Positions 1-11,763 of a stretch of 49,929 nt of DNA are shown here, piece after piece. The notes beneath the pieces were generated by a model, which was not told the origin of the DNA, did not search any database, and worked only from the letters and a program-made list of their open reading frames with translations. A program made the translations under genes and the position numbers. Source of the DNA: an uncultured Bacilli bacterium. Lineage in GTDB: Bacteria; Bacillota_I; Bacilli_A; RF39; UBA660. Positions within the stretch are counted from its first letter, which is position 1, and each line of letters begins with the position of its first letter. The stretch spans positions 1-49,929 of the forward strand of contig CAKPCM010000002.1 in NCBI GenBank assembly GCA_934141615.1, given 5' to 3'.

Positions 1-687
1 AGTAAGAAGTATACTGAAGCTTTAAGCAAAATCGAAAAAGGTAAATTATATTCTTTAGAAGAAGCTGTTAAGCTAGTAAAAGAAACTTCTGTATCAACAT
101 TTGATGGTACTGTTGAAATAGCAGTAAGATTAAATTTAGATACTAAGAAAAACGACCAACAATTAAGAGGTGCAATCGTTTTACCTCACGGAACTGGTAA
201 AACTAAGAAAGTATTAGTTTTAGCAAAAGGTGATGCTGCAAAAGCTGCAACAGACGCTGGTGCTGATTATGTTGGCGACGTAGACATGATTACTAAGATC
301 GAAAAGGAAAATTGGTTTGATTTTGATGTAATTATCGCAACACCAGAAATGATGCCTATGTTAGGTAAGTTAGGTAAGGTTTTAGGTCCAAAAGGATTAA
401 TGCCAAACCCAAAAACTGGTACTGTTACAATGGATACTAAAAAGGCTGTTGAAGACGTTAAAAAAGGACGTGTTGAATACAGAACTGATTCATACGCTAA
501 CGTACATGCTTTAGTAGGTAAGGTTTCATTTGATGATGAGAAATTAGTTGATAACGTAAAAGCATTTATGGATGTTATTATTAAATCAAAACCACAAGCT
601 GCAAAGGGAATTTACTTAAAAGGTGTTTCACTTGCTTCAACTATGGGTCCTGGAATCAAGGTTGATTTATCATCATTTGACAAATAA
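1..687 (+). CDS. rplA: 50S ribosomal protein L1 (5' end cut by window edge)
   Basis: Frame 1 is open from nt 1 ([28 protein letters not shown]...[19 protein letters not shown]...) and continuous with the track ORF 286..687. Typical L1 sequence, followed by L10 leader-rplJ-rplL. Confidence 0.95.
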   Translation, partial: SKKYTEALSKIEKGKLYSLEEAVKLVKETSVSTFDGTVEIAVRLNLDTKKNDQQLRGAIVLPHGTGKTKKVLVLAKGDAAKAATDAGADYVGDVDMITKIEKENWFDFDVIIATPEMMPMLGKLGKVLGPKGLMPNPKTGTVTMDTKKAVEDVKKGRVEYRTDSYANVHALVGKVSFDDEKLVDNVKAFMDVIIKSKPQAAKGIYLKGVSLASTMGPGIKVDLSSFDK

Positions 688-699
688 TTAAAAATAATA

Positions 700-894
700 T
701 AAACTATCAGTAGTTAGCCGAGATTTGGTTTAACTATAAAGTACCAAAGACAGTAGGAGTGATATAATCACGTAACTTGTATTCCTACCGAGGACGAAAA
801 ATCAATTTTGGATTTTAAGGTCTTTGCGTCTTTGATGCATGGACCTTTTAATTTATACAAGGTACTTATTATACTAACGAAGGAGGAATGAACA
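700..894 (+). promoter_or_regulatory. rplJ (L10) 5' leader with attenuator-like hairpin
   Basis: 207-nt untranslated gap between rplA and rplJ, the position of the L10 leader in Firmicutes. Hairpin AAGGTC (817-822)/GACCTT (842-847) followed by TTTT. SD GAAGGAGG lies just before the ATG at 895. Confidence 0.55.
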
Positions 895-1389
895 ATGGCA
901 AACCAAGCTATAATTGCTAAAAAAGAAGAAGTTGTAAATGAAATAGCTGACCGTGTTCAAAACGCAGCAAGTGCTATTTTGTTTGATTACCGTGGTTTAA
1001 CTGATTCAGAAATTACTGAATTACGTCGTAAATTACGTGAACAAGAAGCTTCTTATAAAGTATATAAAAATACTTTAACAAAAAGAGCATTTGACAAGTT
1101 ATCTATTAACTTAGATGATTGTCTAGAAGGTCCATCTGCTATTGCAACATCAGATGATGCTATTGCACCTATAAAGGTTTTAGCAGACTTTGCAAAAGAT
1201 CATCCTGCACTTGAATTAAAGGGTGGTATCGTAGATGGAAAAGAAACAAGCTTAAGCGAATTAAAAGAATTAGCAACAGTTCCATCAAGAGACGGATTAT
1301 TAACAATGTTCGCCGCTGGATTAATGGAACACGTAAAGAATGTTGCTATCTGCCTTGACTTACATAGTCAAAATCTAGAAGAAGAATAA
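895..1389 (+). CDS. rplJ: 50S ribosomal protein L10
   Basis: 164 aa ([21 protein letters not shown]...[20 protein letters not shown]...), strong SD, position between rplA and rplL. Confidence 0.95.
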   Translation: MANQAIIAKKEEVVNEIADRVQNAASAILFDYRGLTDSEITELRRKLREQEASYKVYKNTLTKRAFDKLSINLDDCLEGPSAIATSDDAIAPIKVLADFAKDHPALELKGGIVDGKETSLSELKELATVPSRDGLLTMFAAGLMEHVKNVAICLDLHSQNLEEE

Positions 1390-1417
1390 TTTTAAAGAAA
1401 ATAGGAGGAAAATAAAA

Positions 1418-1786
1418 ATGGCAAAATTAAGTACACAAGAAATTATTGATGCAATAAAAGAAATGAAAATTCTTGAAGTTAAAGAATTAGTAGACGCAAT
1501 GAAAGAAGAATTTGGAGTTGACCCAAGTGCTGTAGCTGTTGCTGCTGCACCAGCTGCTGGAGCAGAAGCTGAAGAAAAGACTGAAGCTACTGTAGTATTA
1601 AAAGACGCTGGATCAGCTAAGATTCAAGTAATCAAAGCAATCAGAGATATTACTGGTTTAGGATTAATGGAAGCTAAGAAGTTAGCAGACGAAGGTGGAA
1701 ACGTTAAAGAAAACGCTCCAATGGAAGAAGCTAACGAAATTAAAGCTAAGTTAGAAGAAGCTGGCGCTACTGTTGAACTTGCATAA
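1418..1786 (+). CDS. rplL: 50S ribosomal protein L7/L12
   Basis: 122 aa with Ala-rich hinge [17 protein letters not shown] and C-terminal domain [33 protein letters not shown]. Confidence 0.97.
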   Translation: MAKLSTQEIIDAIKEMKILEVKELVDAMKEEFGVDPSAVAVAAAPAAGAEAEEKTEATVVLKDAGSAKIQVIKAIRDITGLGLMEAKKLADEGGNVKENAPMEEANEIKAKLEEAGATVELA

Positions 1787-1806
1787 GTTAGATAAATAAG
1801 TACTTA

Positions 1807-1833
1807 AAGAACTACAATTTGTGGTTCTTTTTT
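1807..1833 (+). terminator. Rho-independent terminator after rplL
   Basis: AAGAACTAC (1807-1815)/GTGGTTCTT (1821-1829) 9-bp stem, 5-nt loop, T-run to 1833. Confidence 0.7.
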
Positions 1834-1861
1834 GTTATAATTAAAAAGGTGAGGTGAAAAA

Positions 1862-2452
1862 ATGGCACATTACTTTACAAATGAAGAAAACCTAAAATCA
1901 GAAATAGAGAAGGTAATAGCAGAAATAAATGGTATCCCATTTTATTTTTATACCGATAATGGTGTGTTTTCTAAGGGAGAACTTGATTTTGGAACAGAAC
2001 TTTTATTAAAGAATTTTAAATATGATAATCCTAATAATAAAACGTTATTAGATATAGGCTGCGGTTGCGGACCAATCGGAATATATGCATCTCATTTAGG
2101 TTTTGCTGTGGATATGTCTGATGTTAACAAAAGAGCTATTCATTTATCTAAGATGTCTTTAAAAGAACAAAACTTAAATGCAAACGTATTTGAATCCGAC
2201 GCTTATAAAAACATTAATAATAAATATGATTATATAGTATCTAATCCACCAATAAGGGTTGGAAAGGAAAAGTTATATGAAATAGTAATGAACGCTAAAG
2301 ATCATTTAAAAGATGGTGGCACGTTATGGATAGTTGTTAGAAAACAGCAGGGCGCAGAATCTATGGTAAGAGATATGAAAAACGTATATAAAACAGTAGA
2401 AGTGATAGCTAAGAAAAAAGGATTTTTTATAATAAAGGCAAGTTTAATTTAA
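1862..2452 (+). CDS. Class I SAM-dependent methyltransferase, RsmC/YbxB-like (rRNA m2G-type NPPx family)
   Basis: Motif I LLDIGCGCGPIGI and motif IV VSNPPIRVG. Same rplL/rpoB position as B. subtilis ybxB. Confidence 0.8.
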   Translation: MAHYFTNEENLKSEIEKVIAEINGIPFYFYTDNGVFSKGELDFGTELLLKNFKYDNPNNKTLLDIGCGCGPIGIYASHLGFAVDMSDVNKRAIHLSKMSLKEQNLNANVFESDAYKNINNKYDYIVSNPPIRVGKEKLYEIVMNAKDHLKDGGTLWIVVRKQQGAESMVRDMKNVYKTVEVIAKKKGFFIIKASLI

Positions 2453-2510
2453 AATATATGGCGCAAATAATAAAATATTTGTGTTTTTTTGTAAAAATAA
2501 GTAAAATTTA

Positions 2511-2540
2511 TTGACAAGGGTAGATTTTTCCTGTAATATT
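2511..2540 (+). promoter_or_regulatory. Candidate sigma-A promoter for rpoBC
   Basis: TTGACA (2511-2516), 17-nt spacer, TAATAT (2534-2539) preceded by TG. Confidence 0.45.
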
Positions 2541-2599
2541 TTAAATTGGTACTGTGTCTTTAATTTTAGACATGTTCTTTAAAAATTTATAGTTTAGGG

Positions 2600-5500
2600 G
2601 TGGATTGCGTGGCTTATAAAGTAAGAAAAGTAAACGAATACCGTGAAAGAAGAGACTTCTCAAGAGTAAAAAAATCTCTAGAATTAGCAGATTTACTTGA
2701 GGTACAAACTAAGTCTTATGATTGGTTTATTCAAGATGGAATCAAAGAAGTGTTAGAGGAAATAAGCCCAGTAGAAAATTTCTCTGGAACATTATCTTTA
2801 GAATTTGGTGAATATTCTTTTGATGAACCAAGACATACAATTAAAGAATGTAAGGAGAAGAAAACTACATATGCAGCTCCATTAAAGGTTCAAACTCGCT
2901 TGTTTAATAATGAAACAGGAGAAGTAAAAGAACAAGAAATATTCCTAGGTGATATGCCACTTATGACAGAATCAGGATCATTTATATTTAATGGTTCAGA
3001 GCGTGTTATTGTATCACAATTAGTACGTTCTCCAAGTGTTTATTATGGAAGAGAAATAGATAAGAATGGACGTTCTATAATATCTTCACAAATCATACCT
3101 ACAAGAGGTACTTGGTTAGAATATAAACTAAATAGTAAAGATGTTGTTGACGTTAGAATAGACCGTAATAGAAAGGTTGTTGTAACTGCGTTTTTAAGAG
3201 CATTTGGACTATCTAGTGATGATGATATCTTAAAATTATACGGACAAGATGAATATTTGATTAACTCTTTAGGAAAAGATTCTACAAAGAATACTGATGA
3301 AGCATTACTTGAAATCTATGAAAAGTTAAAACCTGGTGAACCAGCAACTTTAGATAGTGCAAAGAACCAGTTAATAACTAGATTCTTTGATAATTTTAGA
3401 TATGATTTAGCTAAGGTTGGACGTTATAAATTTAACAAAAAACTTGATGTTGCAGATCGTCTATTAAATCAAAAATTAGCAGAAGACATAACGGTAGATG
3501 GAAAAGTTGTAATAGAAAAGGGTACTAAGATTACTCACGATGTATTAGAAACTTTAAAACCTATTTTAGCTGATGGATACGGAATGATTGATGCTACAAT
3601 GGATAAAGAACTTGATAACCATACTATGGTTCAAGTAATTAGCATTTATTCTCCAGTAGAACCAGATAAAGTTATAAAAGTAATTGGTAATGACCAATCA
3701 CTTACTGTTAAAACACTTACTATATCAGATATATATGCATCTGTATCATATTATTTGAACCTTTTACAAAACGTAGGTCAAATAGATGAGATAGACCATT
3801 TATCTAACCGTCGTTTAAGACAAGTAGGTGAATTATTACAAAACCAATTTAGAGTTGGTGTTGCTCGTATGGAAAGAGTAATTCGTGAAAGAATGACTAC
3901 TTTAGACGTTGAAACTGCAACTCCAAAGACATTAATAAACATAAGACCAATAACAGCTGTTATTAAGGAATTCTTTGGATCAAGTCCATTATCACAATTT
4001 ATGGACCAAATTAATCCATTATCAGAATTAAATAACAAACGTCGTTTATCAGCGCTTGGACCTGGTGGACTTTCTCGTGATAGAGCTGCTATGGAAGTAC
4101 GTGACGTTAACGTATCTCACTATGGTAGAATCTGTCCAATCGAGTCTCCAGAAGGTGCAAATATAGGTCTTATTACATCTCTTGCAAACTATGCAAAAGT
4201 AAATGAATATGGTTTCATCATGACTCCATATAGAAGAGTAAAAGATGGTAAATTACAAGATCAAATAGATTATTTAACAGCAGACGAAGAAAACGGACAC
4301 ATTATTGCACAAGCTAATGTTGCTATGAAAGATGGAGAAATCATAGAAGAACATTGTCCTGCTCGTCAAGACGGAGAAAATATTCTTGCAAAACCAAGTG
4401 AAATAGATTATATCGATGTTGCTCCACAACAAATTGTATCTGTTACAACAAGTTGTATTCCATTCCTTGATCACGATGATGGTAAACGTGCGTTAATGGG
4501 ATGTAACATGCAGCGTCAAGCATTACCATTATTAAAACCAGAAGCAGCATTAGTTGCAACTGGCGTTGAAGCTCAAGCAGCAAAGGATTCAGGAGTTTGT
4601 GTTTTAGCAAAAGCTGATGGTGTTGTTGAATACGCTGATGGTAAAAAAATCGTTGTTAAAACAGCAAAAGCAAAAGACATATACTTACTTAAAAACTTTG
4701 AGGAATCAAATGCAGGTACTTGCTATCACCAAAGACCAATCGTTAGAATTGGAGATAAGGTAAAACGTGGACAAATAATAGCAGATGGTCCATCAACAGA
4801 TAAAGGTGAAGTTGCATTAGGTAAGAACTTAGTAGTTGCATTCATGACTTATAATGGTTATGACTATGAAGATGCTGTAATATTAAATGAAAAAATGGTA
4901 AAAGAAGACGTATTAACATCTATTTATCTAGAAGATTACGAAATTCAATGTCGTGATACTAAGTTAGGACCTGAGGAAATTACTCGTGATATTCCAAACG
5001 TAAGTGAAGAAGCTCGTAAGAACCTAGATGCTAATGGTATTATTAGAATAGGTACAGAAGTAAAAGAAGGAGATATCTTAGTTGGTAAGGTAACTCCAAA
5101 AGGAATGGTAGAACTTACTTCTGAAGAAAAATTATTACACGCAATCTTTGGTGAAAAGACTCGTGAAGTAAGAGACACATCTCTTAGAGTTCCACATGGT
5201 GGAGCTGGTATAGTTCATGATATAAAGATTTATACTAAGAAGGATTCAGATGAATTACCATCAGGAGTTTCAAAAGAAATCCGTGTATATATAGTTCAAA
5301 AACGTAAGATTCAAGTTGGTGACAAAATGGCTGGTCGTCACGGAAATAAAGGTGTTGTATCACTTGTTGTTCCACAAGAAGATATGCCATACTTACCAGA
5401 TGGTACTCCGGTTGATATCTTACTTAACCCACTTGGTGTTCCTTCTCGTATGAACCCAGGACAAGTTTTGGAAATGCACTTAGGTATGGCTGCTAAGAAA

Positions 5501-6244
5501 TTAGGAGTATATACTGCAACTCCAGTATTTGATGGTGCAACTTGGGAAGATATCCAAGAAATGATGGCAGAAGCTGGAATGGATCCAGATGGAAAGACTG
5601 TTTTATACAATGGTAAAACAGGTGAACCTTTTGATAACCGTGTAGCAGTTGGTGTTATGTACATGATTAAACTTGACCACATGGTTGATGATAAATTACA
5701 CGCACGTGCAACTGGTCCATACTCATTAGTTACACAACAACCTTTAGGTGGTAAAGCTCAATTTGGTGGACAAAGATTTGGTGAAATGGAAGTTTGGGCA
5801 CTTTATGCTTATGGTGCTGCTCACGTACTTCAAGAAATCTTAACAGTTAAGTCAGATGATGTTGTAGGACGTGTTAAAGTATACGAATCAATCGTTAAGG
5901 GTAAACCAATTAACCAAGCAGGTGTTCCAGAAAGTTTCCGTGTTTTAGTTAAAGAATTCCAAGCTTTAGGTTTAAACATTGCAATGATAAATGAAGATGG
6001 TAAAGAAGTAGATGTTAAGACTCTAGAAGAAGAGGAAGACAAAGAAGGAGCTCCTTTATCAATCGAAGAAATAGATAATGTATCAATGGTAAAACCAAAA
6101 GAAACTGTTGATATCGTAAGTAAAGAAGAGGAAGCAGAAGAAAGTGATGAGCTTTCGGAAGAAGAATCTGATGATTACGAAGCTGAATTAGAAGACAATT
6201 TAGATGAATCGGAAGATTTACAAGTGGAAGGGGATGAAGAATAA
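2600..6244 (+). CDS. rpoB: DNA-directed RNA polymerase subunit beta
   Basis: 1214-aa ORF with canonical beta motifs ([40 protein letters not shown]). The GTG at 2609 (MAYKVRKV...) is better spaced from the AGGGG SD than the GTG at 2600. Acidic C-terminal tail. Confidence 0.98.
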   Translation: MDCVAYKVRKVNEYRERRDFSRVKKSLELADLLEVQTKSYDWFIQDGIKEVLEEISPVENFSGTLSLEFGEYSFDEPRHTIKECKEKKTTYAAPLKVQTRLFNNETGEVKEQEIFLGDMPLMTESGSFIFNGSERVIVSQLVRSPSVYYGREIDKNGRSIISSQIIPTRGTWLEYKLNSKDVVDVRIDRNRKVVVTAFLRAFGLSSDDDILKLYGQDEYLINSLGKDSTKNTDEALLEIYEKLKPGEPATLDSAKNQLITRFFDNFRYDLAKVGRYKFNKKLDVADRLLNQKLAEDITVDGKVVIEKGTKITHDVLETLKPILADGYGMIDATMDKELDNHTMVQVISIYSPVEPDKVIKVIGNDQSLTVKTLTISDIYASVSYYLNLLQNVGQIDEIDHLSNRRLRQVGELLQNQFRVGVARMERVIRERMTTLDVETATPKTLINIRPITAVIKEFFGSSPLSQFMDQINPLSELNNKRRLSALGPGGLSRDRAAMEVRDVNVSHYGRICPIESPEGANIGLITSLANYAKVNEYGFIMTPYRRVKDGKLQDQIDYLTADEENGHIIAQANVAMKDGEIIEEHCPARQDGENILAKPSEIDYIDVAPQQIVSVTTSCIPFLDHDDGKRALMGCNMQRQALPLLKPEAALVATGVEAQAAKDSGVCVLAKADGVVEYADGKKIVVKTAKAKDIYLLKNFEESNAGTCYHQRPIVRIGDKVKRGQIIADGPSTDKGEVALGKNLVVAFMTYNGYDYEDAVILNEKMVKEDVLTSIYLEDYEIQCRDTKLGPEEITRDIPNVSEEARKNLDANGIIRIGTEVKEGDILVGKVTPKGMVELTSEEKLLHAIFGEKTREVRDTSLRVPHGGAGIVHDIKIYTKKDSDELPSGVSKEIRVYIVQKRKIQVGDKMAGRHGNKGVVSLVVPQEDMPYLPDGTPVDILLNPLGVPSRMNPGQVLEMHLGMAAKKLGVYTATPVFDGATWEDIQEMMAEAGMDPDGKTVLYNGKTGEPFDNRVAVGVMYMIKLDHMVDDKLHARATGPYSLVTQQPLGGKAQFGGQRFGEMEVWALYAYGAAHVLQEILTVKSDDVVGRVKVYESIVKGKPINQAGVPESFRVLVKEFQALGLNIAMINEDGKEVDVKTLEEEEDKEGAPLSIEEIDNVSMVKPKETVDIVSKEEEAEESDELSEEESDDYEAELEDNLDESEDLQVEGDEE

Positions 6245-9200
6245 TGTTAGATGCAAATAGATTTGAAGGAATTAAAATATCTATCGCTTCACCCGAACAA
6301 ATCCGTGAATGGTCTTATGGAGAAGTTAAAAAGCCAGAAACAATAAACTATCGTACTTTAAAACCAGAAAGAGATGGTTTATTCTGTGAAAAAATCTTTG
6401 GACCTACAAAGGATTATGAATGTGCTTGTGGTAAGTATAAGAGATTAAGATATAAAGATATCGTGTGTGATAGATGTGGAGTAGAAGTTACTAAATCTAA
6501 GGTTCGCCGTGAACGTATGGGTCATATCGAACTTGCTACTCCAGTATCTCACATCTGGTTCTTTAAAGGTGTACCAAGCCGTATGGGATTAGTACTTGAT
6601 ATGTCTCCAAGAGACTTAGAAGAAGTATTATACTTTGTATCATACGTAGTTGTTAATCCAGGTGCAGCTCCACTTGAAAAGAAACAAACTTTATCAGATA
6701 AAGAATACCGTGCATACTATGAAAAATATGGAAATACTTTTGAAGTAGGTATGGGAGCTGAAGCTATCTTAAAACTTCTAAAAGAAATAGATGTCAAAGC
6801 TGAAATAGCAAAAATAGAAGAAGAGTTAGATGGCGCTTCAGAACAAAAGAAAACAAGACTATTAAAGAGATTAGACATATTAGATTCATTTGATAAATCA
6901 GGAAATAAACCTGAATGGATGATATTAACAGCACTTCCTGTTATACCTCCAGAACTAAGACCAATGATTCAATTAGATGGTGGTCGTTTTGCAACAAGTG
7001 ATTTAAATGATTTATATAGACGTGTTATTAACCGTAACAATCGTTTAAAGAAATTACTTGAGTTAAATGCTCCATCAATCATTGTTCAAAACGAAAAAAG
7101 AATGCTTCAAGAAGCAGTTGATGCTTTATTCGATAACGGAAGACGTGGTAGAAATGTTACCGGTCCATCAAATAGACCACTTAAATCAATTTCTTCTATG
7201 TTGAAAGGTAAACAAGGTCGTTTCCGTCAAAACTTACTTGGTAAGCGTGTTGACTATTCTGGACGTAGTGTTATTGCTGTTGGTCCAGAACTTAAGATGT
7301 ACCAATGTGGTATTCCAAAAGAAATGGCACTTGAATTATTCAAACCACACGTTATTCATGGTTTAGTAGAAAGAGATATTGTTCACAATATTAAATCTGC
7401 TAAAAAAATGATTGAAAATCAAGATGAAAGAGTATGGGATGTTGTTGAAGATGTTATTAAAGAACATCCAGTAATGTTAAACCGTGCTCCAACACTTCAC
7501 AGATTAGGTATTCAAGCATTTGAACCTAAGTTAGTAAGTGGTAAGGCTATTAGATTACACCCACTTGTTTGTGCTGGATTTAACGCAGACTTTGATGGTG
7601 ACCAAATGGCTGTTCACGTACCACTATCAGAAGCAGCACAAGCTGAAGCAAGATTACTTATGTTATCTTCAAATAACATACTAGACCCAAAAGATGGTAA
7701 GCCAATCGTTACTCCATCACAAGATATGGTTTTAGGTAACTATTACATAACTACTGAAAAACCTGGTGATAAAGGAGAAGGTAGAGTATTTAAGAACGCT
7801 AACGAAGCTATCGAAGCATACGAAAGAAGAGAAGTTACTCTTCATGCTAGAATAGCATTACCAGCTAAATCATTTAAGTATAAAACATTTACTGATGAGC
7901 AAAAGGAAATGTACTTAATAACTACTGTTGGTAAGTTATTGTTTAACGAAATATTACCAGATGGATTCCAGTATATTAATGAACCTACGAAGGCAAATTA
8001 TGAAGGATTTACTCCTATGACTCACTTCTTAAAGAGAGGTTCTAACATTCCAGAAGAAATTAAGAAGAAAGAAATTAATAAACCTTTCGCTAAGGGTGAC
8101 TTAAAGAAGATAATTGCACAAGTATTTAAACGTTATAAAACAACTGAAACTTCAATATATCTAGATAAATTAAAGAACTTAGGATTTAAGTATTCTACTT
8201 TATCAGGTATTTCAATTTCAATTGCGGACGTTGTAAAAAGTGAACACAAAAATGAAATTATTGATAAATCTCAAAAGGTTGTTGACACTATAAATAAACA
8301 ATATAGACGTGGTTTAATAACTGATAGAGAACGTTATGAAAAAGTTTGTGAAGTATGGAATAATACAACAAGCGAAGTAGAAAAAGAATTAAAACAAAAA
8401 GTGCAAACTTTAACAGATAACCCGATTATGATGATGGTTAACTCTGGTGCCCGTGGTTCTATTGGACAATATAACCAGATGGCAGGTATGCGTGGACTTC
8501 TTGCAAAACCAAATGGTGATGCAGTAGAAATTCCAGTTACATCTTCATTCGTTGATGGATTATCAGTATCTGAATACTTTATATCTACTCACGGAACTCG
8601 TAAAGGTAATGCCGATACAGCACTTAAGACAGCTGACTCTGGTTACTTAACAAGACGTTTAGTTGATGTTGTTCAAGATGTTATCGTAAGAGAAGAAGAT
8701 TGTGGTACTATCCAAGGTGTTGTTGTTAAAGCATTCGTTGATGAATCAGATGGTACTGTAATAGAAAGTCTTCATGAACGTATAACTGGTAGATATACAA
8801 ACAAAAAAGTTGTTGATCCAGAAACTAAGCAATTAATTATAGATAAAAACGAATTAATTACTGAACCAATCGCTGACAAGATTGATAAGGCAGGAATTAC
8901 AGAAGTTGAAATAAGAACTGCTTTAACTTGTAAGACAGAAAATGGTGTATGTAAACATTGTTATGGTATTAACCTTGCAACTGGTAACATTGCTGAAATA
9001 GGTGAAGCTGTTGGTATTATGGCAGCTCAATCTATCGGTGAACCAGGTACACAGCTTACAATGCGTACATTCCACAATGGTGGTGTTGCATCAGGAGCAG
9101 ATATAACTCAAGGTTTACCTCGTGTACAAGAGTTGTTTGAAGCAAGAAATCCAAAGGCTAAATCTACAATTGCTGAAATAGATGGTAAGATAACTAAGAT

Positions 9201-9876
9201 AGATGAAGTAAATGGTAAATATAAAATTGCTATTACTAACGACGTAGAAACAAGAGAACATACAACTAACTATGGTGTTAAACTTTGTGTTGAATTAGGA
9301 CAAAGTGTAAAAGCAGGAGATAAATTAAACGTTGGTTCTATAAATCCAAAAGAATTACTTGCGGTAACTGACCCAATAACTGCACAAAACTATATTTTAT
9401 CTGAAGTACAAAAAGTTTATAAATCACAAGGTGTTGATGTTTCAGATAAGCACGTTGAAATACTTGCTCGTCGTATGATTGCTCGTATTAAGATAGTTGA
9501 TGGTGGAGAAACTGAATTAGTTGATGGTAAATTAGTTTCAATGCACGAATTTACTAGAATTAATAAGGAAGCTATTATAAATGGTAAGAAACCAGCAACT
9601 GGTCGTCCAATAATGCTTGGTATAACTAAGGCATCGTTAGAGACTGATTCATTCTTATCAGCTGCATCATTCCAAGAGACTACTCGTATCTTAACTGACG
9701 CTGCAATTAAGGGTAAGGTTGATAATTTAACAGGTCTTAAAGAAAACGTTATTATTGGTAAATTAATACCAGCAGGTACAGGTTCTAAATATTACTCTAA
9801 TGTTAAATATTCTCTTGAAAGTGAACAAGTAGAAGATGATGCATTAGATGTATTAGAAGACCAATTAACTGATTAA
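6244..9876 (+). CDS. rpoC: DNA-directed RNA polymerase subunit beta'
   Basis: 1210 aa; Zn-finger CACGKYK...CDRCGVEV and catalytic [12 protein letters not shown]. Start overlaps the rpoB stop (ATAATG). Confidence 0.98.
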   Translation: MLDANRFEGIKISIASPEQIREWSYGEVKKPETINYRTLKPERDGLFCEKIFGPTKDYECACGKYKRLRYKDIVCDRCGVEVTKSKVRRERMGHIELATPVSHIWFFKGVPSRMGLVLDMSPRDLEEVLYFVSYVVVNPGAAPLEKKQTLSDKEYRAYYEKYGNTFEVGMGAEAILKLLKEIDVKAEIAKIEEELDGASEQKKTRLLKRLDILDSFDKSGNKPEWMILTALPVIPPELRPMIQLDGGRFATSDLNDLYRRVINRNNRLKKLLELNAPSIIVQNEKRMLQEAVDALFDNGRRGRNVTGPSNRPLKSISSMLKGKQGRFRQNLLGKRVDYSGRSVIAVGPELKMYQCGIPKEMALELFKPHVIHGLVERDIVHNIKSAKKMIENQDERVWDVVEDVIKEHPVMLNRAPTLHRLGIQAFEPKLVSGKAIRLHPLVCAGFNADFDGDQMAVHVPLSEAAQAEARLLMLSSNNILDPKDGKPIVTPSQDMVLGNYYITTEKPGDKGEGRVFKNANEAIEAYERREVTLHARIALPAKSFKYKTFTDEQKEMYLITTVGKLLFNEILPDGFQYINEPTKANYEGFTPMTHFLKRGSNIPEEIKKKEINKPFAKGDLKKIIAQVFKRYKTTETSIYLDKLKNLGFKYSTLSGISISIADVVKSEHKNEIIDKSQKVVDTINKQYRRGLITDRERYEKVCEVWNNTTSEVEKELKQKVQTLTDNPIMMMVNSGARGSIGQYNQMAGMRGLLAKPNGDAVEIPVTSSFVDGLSVSEYFISTHGTRKGNADTALKTADSGYLTRRLVDVVQDVIVREEDCGTIQGVVVKAFVDESDGTVIESLHERITGRYTNKKVVDPETKQLIIDKNELITEPIADKIDKAGITEVEIRTALTCKTENGVCKHCYGINLATGNIAEIGEAVGIMAAQSIGEPGTQLTMRTFHNGGVASGADITQGLPRVQELFEARNPKAKSTIAEIDGKITKIDEVNGKYKIAITNDVETREHTTNYGVKLCVELGQSVKAGDKLNVGSINPKELLAVTDPITAQNYILSEVQKVYKSQGVDVSDKHVEILARRMIARIKIVDGGETELVDGKLVSMHEFTRINKEAIINGKKPATGRPIMLGITKASLETDSFLSAASFQETTRILTDAAIKGKVDNLTGLKENVIIGKLIPAGTGSKYYSNVKYSLESEQVEDDALDVLEDQLTD

Positions 9877-9879
9877 TAA

Positions 9880-9907
9880 GGAAGTCAAAATTTGACTTTC
9901 TTTTTTG
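9880..9907 (+). terminator. Rho-independent terminator after rpoC
   Basis: GGAAGTCAAA/TTTGACTTTC hairpin followed by T7. Confidence 0.75.
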
Positions 9908-9963
9908 TTTTTGATATTATAAGCGTCGTTTAAAGATTAAATTTATGGGGGAGATGTATATAT

Positions 9964-10362
9964 ATGTATAAAAAAGCAAAAAAGATGAATGAGGCTGCAA
10001 TTGATTGTAGATTAGCTAGTATATGTGAAGATCTTTTAAAAGTAAATAAAGATGCAATATTTGCAATTTCGAGAAAGTTTGTTGAAAATAGCAATGGATC
10101 ATTTAAGTCGGAAGTAAACGGAAATAAGGTGATTGGAAGTTCAAAACAGATTGATTCTCTTATAATTCCTAGCTGCTTGAATCTAGTTAACAAAAACGGT
10201 GACTTTTATTTAACTATTTGGTGCGATGATCAAGAATTAATAAGACTACTTTATAGTCATATGTCGTTTGAGGATGGAATAATAAATAATAAAAGAATAG
10301 AGAATTTATATTTAGATTTAGAAAATGATGAAGAGTTAAAAAAAACTACAGCATATATTTAA
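9964..10362 (+). CDS. Hypothetical protein (132 aa), no recognisable family
   Basis: ORF preceded by GGGGGAG (9947-9953) and followed by its own terminator. No motif recognised by eye. Confidence 0.45.
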   Translation: MYKKAKKMNEAAIDCRLASICEDLLKVNKDAIFAISRKFVENSNGSFKSEVNGNKVIGSSKQIDSLIIPSCLNLVNKNGDFYLTIWCDDQELIRLLYSHMSFEDGIINNKRIENLYLDLENDEELKKTTAYI

Positions 10363-10374
10363 AAATTATTAAAA

Positions 10375-10400
10375 TACCATATAGAATATGGTGTTTTTTT
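10375..10400 (+). terminator. Rho-independent terminator
   Basis: ACCATAT/ATATGGT hairpin followed by T-run 10393-10400. Confidence 0.6.
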
Positions 10401-10434
10401 CTTTTTGTGTTACAATATACGTTAAGGTGATTTT

Positions 10435-11763
10435 ATGAAAGATGTTTATAAATTTCTGGATTCTTTACATATAAAAAAAGAAGATATTATAACGGTTGCG
10501 GTATCTTACGGACCAGATTCTATGTTCTTACTTGATTTATTAAAAAATAAATATAAAGAAAATAAAATTATTTGTTGTCACGTACATCATAATCATAGAG
10601 AAGAAAGCAATTTAGAAAAAGATTCTTTAGAAAAGTATTGTATGAAAAATAATATCATCTTTGAATTTATGAAGATAGATAAATATAAGAATAATAAGTT
10701 TACCGAAGAAGAAGCAAGAGAAAAAAGGTATGAATTCTTTGATAAAGTATTAAAAAAATATAATTCTAAATATTTATTTACTGCTCATCACGGGGATGAT
10801 TTAATTGAAACTATTCTTATGAAAATATCTAGAGGATCTTCACTTAAAGGTTACACTGGAATAAAATTAATATCTAAAAGAGATAGTTATTCTATTATAA
10901 GACCTTTGTTATATTTAACAAAAGATGATATAAATAAAGCTTGTATAAAAGAAAATATTCCTTTTGCTGTGGATAACTCCAATACAAGTGATGAATATAA
11001 AAGAAATAGGTACAGAAAGTATGTTTTGCCTAAATTAAAAGATGAAAATAAAATTATCCACAGGAAATTTATAGATTTTTCATTAGAATTAAAAAAATAT
11101 GATGATTATGTATCTAAAATGGTTTTAAAGATTTACTCCAAAGTAGTTAATGATGATAAGATAAATATTTCTCTATTATTAAAAGAGGACGATTTAATAA
11201 TAGAAAAAGTAATAGAAAAATATTTATTTTCTGTGTACAAAAAAGACATAGGAAAAGTAACTTCTAAAAATAAAAATGATATTTTAAAAATGTTAAAAAG
11301 TAAAAGACCAAATAGTATTTTATCAATGCCAAACAATAAAAAATTAATAAAAGACTATAATAAGATATATTTCGCGGATGATATAATTTATAATAATTGG
11401 TGTTTTACATTTGATAAAGAGCTTCATTTACCTAATGGATATGTAATAAAACAAATAGATAAGTTAGATGATACAACTAATTTTTTTACGGCGTTTAACT
11501 CATCTGAAATATCACTTCCTATTACTGTTAGGACTAAAAATGATGGTGATAAGATGAATGTCTTAAATCTATCTGGGTTTAAAAAGTTAAAGGATATATA
11601 CATAGATGAAAAACTTAGTATGAAGCAAAGACACAATCAGCCCGTTGTAACAGATAGTAATGATAAAATAATATGGCTCCCAGGCCTTAAAAAATCTAAA
11701 TATGATAGGTCAAAAAGGGGAAACTATGATATAATATTAGAGTATTACAAGGAGGAACAATAA
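10435..11763 (+). CDS. tilS: tRNA(Ile)-lysidine synthase
   Basis: PP-loop VAVSYGPDS (SGGxDS variant), HHGDDLIETILM, C-terminal ...IIWLPGLKKS. Classic tilS-ftsH adjacency. Confidence 0.9.
   Translation: MKDVYKFLDSLHIKKEDIITVAVSYGPDSMFLLDLLKNKYKENKIICCHVHHNHREESNLEKDSLEKYCMKNNIIFEFMKIDKYKNNKFTEEEAREKRYEFFDKVLKKYNSKYLFTAHHGDDLIETILMKISRGSSLKGYTGIKLISKRDSYSIIRPLLYLTKDDINKACIKENIPFAVDNSNTSDEYKRNRYRKYVLPKLKDENKIIHRKFIDFSLELKKYDDYVSKMVLKIYSKVVNDDKINISLLLKEDDLIIEKVIEKYLFSVYKKDIGKVTSKNKNDILKMLKSKRPNSILSMPNNKKLIKDYNKIYFADDIIYNNWCFTFDKELHLPNGYVIKQIDKLDDTTNFFTAFNSSEISLPITVRTKNDGDKMNVLNLSGFKKLKDIYIDEKLSMKQRHNQPVVTDSNDKIIWLPGLKKSKYDRSKRGNYDIILEYYKEEQ

Noticed and set aside
3778-6042. Five minus-strand ORFs (3778-4038, 4274-4474, 4945-5178, 5338-5682, 5830-6042) inside rpoB
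   Set aside because: They are antisense to a highly conserved gene, have no SD, and show the low-complexity composition typical of shadow ORFs in AT-rich DNA.
9930-10193. 87-aa minus-strand ORF overlapping the 9964-10362 ORF
   Set aside because: The plus-strand ORF has an SD and a downstream terminator in the right orientation, while the minus ORF has neither. Both remain low-confidence.
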